In this document: one piece after another, positions 47,901 through 48,967 of the stretch | Layout of the letters: each line of letters starts with the position of its first letter | Position numbering within the stretch: position 1 is the first letter of the stretch | Assembly: GCA_041572575.1 (NCBI GenBank) | Contig: JBFFSH010000010.1 | Span: forward strand, 1-48,967 | DNA from: Thermodesulfobacteriota bacterium | Lineage (GTDB): Bacteria; Desulfobacterota_D; UBA1144; Nemesobacterales; N074bin48 | Length of the DNA stretch: 48,967 nt | Reading direction: 5' to 3' | The notes under the pieces: generated by a model | What the model saw: the letters and a program-made list of their open reading frames with translations, nothing else | Databases searched by the model: none | What the model was told of the DNA's origin: nothing | Program-made: the position numbers and the translations under genes

Positions 47901-48809
47901 CTATTTATTAATCTTAAAACCCAAACCTATAAAAAACATAGTATCAAAATCTTCTTTTTCTAATCTATCTCCGTTTCTATCTTCAAGCTCTATTTCACCC
48001 AAAAACCCAAACCCTGAGTATAGCTCTAGTCTTATATGTTTACTTACTTCATAACCAATGCTTGCCCATACGGGAAGGATTTTTACATCTCCGATTCCAT
48101 CTTGAGCTATACTTTCATCATCCAACCTAAAACGATTAAATTCATAGCCTGCGCTTATAGCAGTATCAATTTTATCGGTTATTTCATAGTAAATTTGAAC
48201 CCTTGGGCCAAGCTCACTTTTAACCCCTGTAAGTAGAGTAGATACCCTTATTTTTTCACTGACCACCCAGTTCATAATTAGGCCCGGATAAGCTATGACA
48301 TGATCCTCCAGTCTGCTGCTTAGATAAACTCCTGTACCTATGAAGAAATTTCTGCTTGGCGAATAAGTAAAACCGGCAAGACCTCCGTAGGTCAGAGAAT
48401 CGCTAAAATCAGCTCCCTGCTCACCGGAATATCTGATAAACGGTCCTGCGGATAATGACCACTCCGGGTTTATGCTGTATTTAAGTCTGAATCCAAGACC
48501 GGCTTTGTTTATTCCCTCCCATGGGTTCGGCTCTGCAAACCCACTGTTTGCAGAAAAATCAAAATCTGTAAAGCTGTAGCTTGTGTTTATGTCCAATCCA
48601 ACCCTATCATTAATATGCCTAGAACCATTTACACTAATTGAATATCTGTTAATGCTAATCTCTCCACCATTATCAATATCTGTATCAATCCCATGATCAT
48701 AATTAGTAGTTATACCTACGTTAAGTTCACTTTGCTTATGAACCTGAGAAAAAGAATCAGGTATATAAATAAAACAAATGGTTATTAATATATATAAATA
48801 TTTATTCAA
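47901..48809 (-). CDS. Outer-membrane beta-barrel protein (DUF6268-like)
   Basis: Signal peptide, amphipathic beta strands, ends FFIGLGFKINK. Confidence 0.7.
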   Translation of the reverse strand: MNKYLYILITICFIYIPDSFSQVHKQSELNVGITTNYDHGIDTDIDNGGEISINRYSISVNGSRHINDRVGLDINTSYSFTDFDFSANSGFAEPNPWEGINKAGLGFRLKYSINPEWSLSAGPFIRYSGEQGADFSDSLTYGGLAGFTYSPSRNFFIGTGVYLSSRLEDHVIAYPGLIMNWVVSEKIRVSTLLTGVKSELGPRVQIYYEITDKIDTAISAGYEFNRFRLDDESIAQDGIGDVKILPVWASIGYEVSKHIRLELYSGFGFLGEIELEDRNGDRLEKEDFDTMFFIGLGFKINK

Positions 48810-48927
48810 AATGCTCCCCTTGTAAATTAATTATTAAATTAGATTTACGAATTATATAAAGCTTACCCCAGGGGAATTTTATTTAGGAAAATATTTGTAA
48901 AAAAGGGAATAAATTAAATAAATAGAG

Positions 48928-48958
48928 TTGAGGCAACTGTTATTTACAGTTGCCTCAA
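48928..48958. terminator. Strong stem-loop / terminator
   Basis: TTGAGGCAACTGT-tattt-ACAGTTGCCTCAA perfect 13-bp stem. Confidence 0.75.
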
Positions 48959-48967
48959 AATATTATA

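Noticed and set aside
2494..48236. Many short ORFs in the track (e.g. 8536-8874, 16917-17270, 35367-35693, 45643-46011, 47061-47420, 47791-48054)
   Set aside because: They are antisense or alternate-frame shadows of well-supported genes, with no recognisable motifs.

Overview
Low-GC bacterial window built around a tRNA-Pro(CGG) integration hotspot. (1) 8-11211: an ~11.2-kb integrative element with a tyrosine integrase. Unusually, it duplicates the 5' half of the tRNA and appears to supply the tRNA promoter from the integrase 3' end. Cargo looks like light/oxidative stress and DNA repair: lipocalin, Lhr helicase, Fe-S-less (6-4) photolyase, redoxin, MBOAT, plus fasciclin and IS3 remnants. (2) 11244-21595: glycogen cluster (CBM48 protein, glgP, glgB, glgX, malQ, glgA; no glgC) ending in a decayed copy of the tRNA 3' half. 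(3) 21596-47880: an ~26-kb block ending in a second decayed tRNA 3' half. It holds a cbb3 oxidase operon (ccoI-S-NO-Q-P-G), three USPs, Hsp20, CBS, VIT1, OMP, PGK, rhodanese, cytochrome c peroxidase, Na/Pi transporter, Pcm and YbaK. It also encodes a histidine kinase with a FixL-like heme-PAS domain paired with a sigma54 activator. Eight -24/-12 promoters and five copies of a TGT-N11-ACA(+N4-ACA) enhancer-like motif occur in this block. The best candidate for a new system is therefore a self-contained, sigma54-wired O2-sensing hypoxia regulon, functionally analogous to FixLJ-FixK or DosR. All calls were made by eye from the sequence; no database searches were run.
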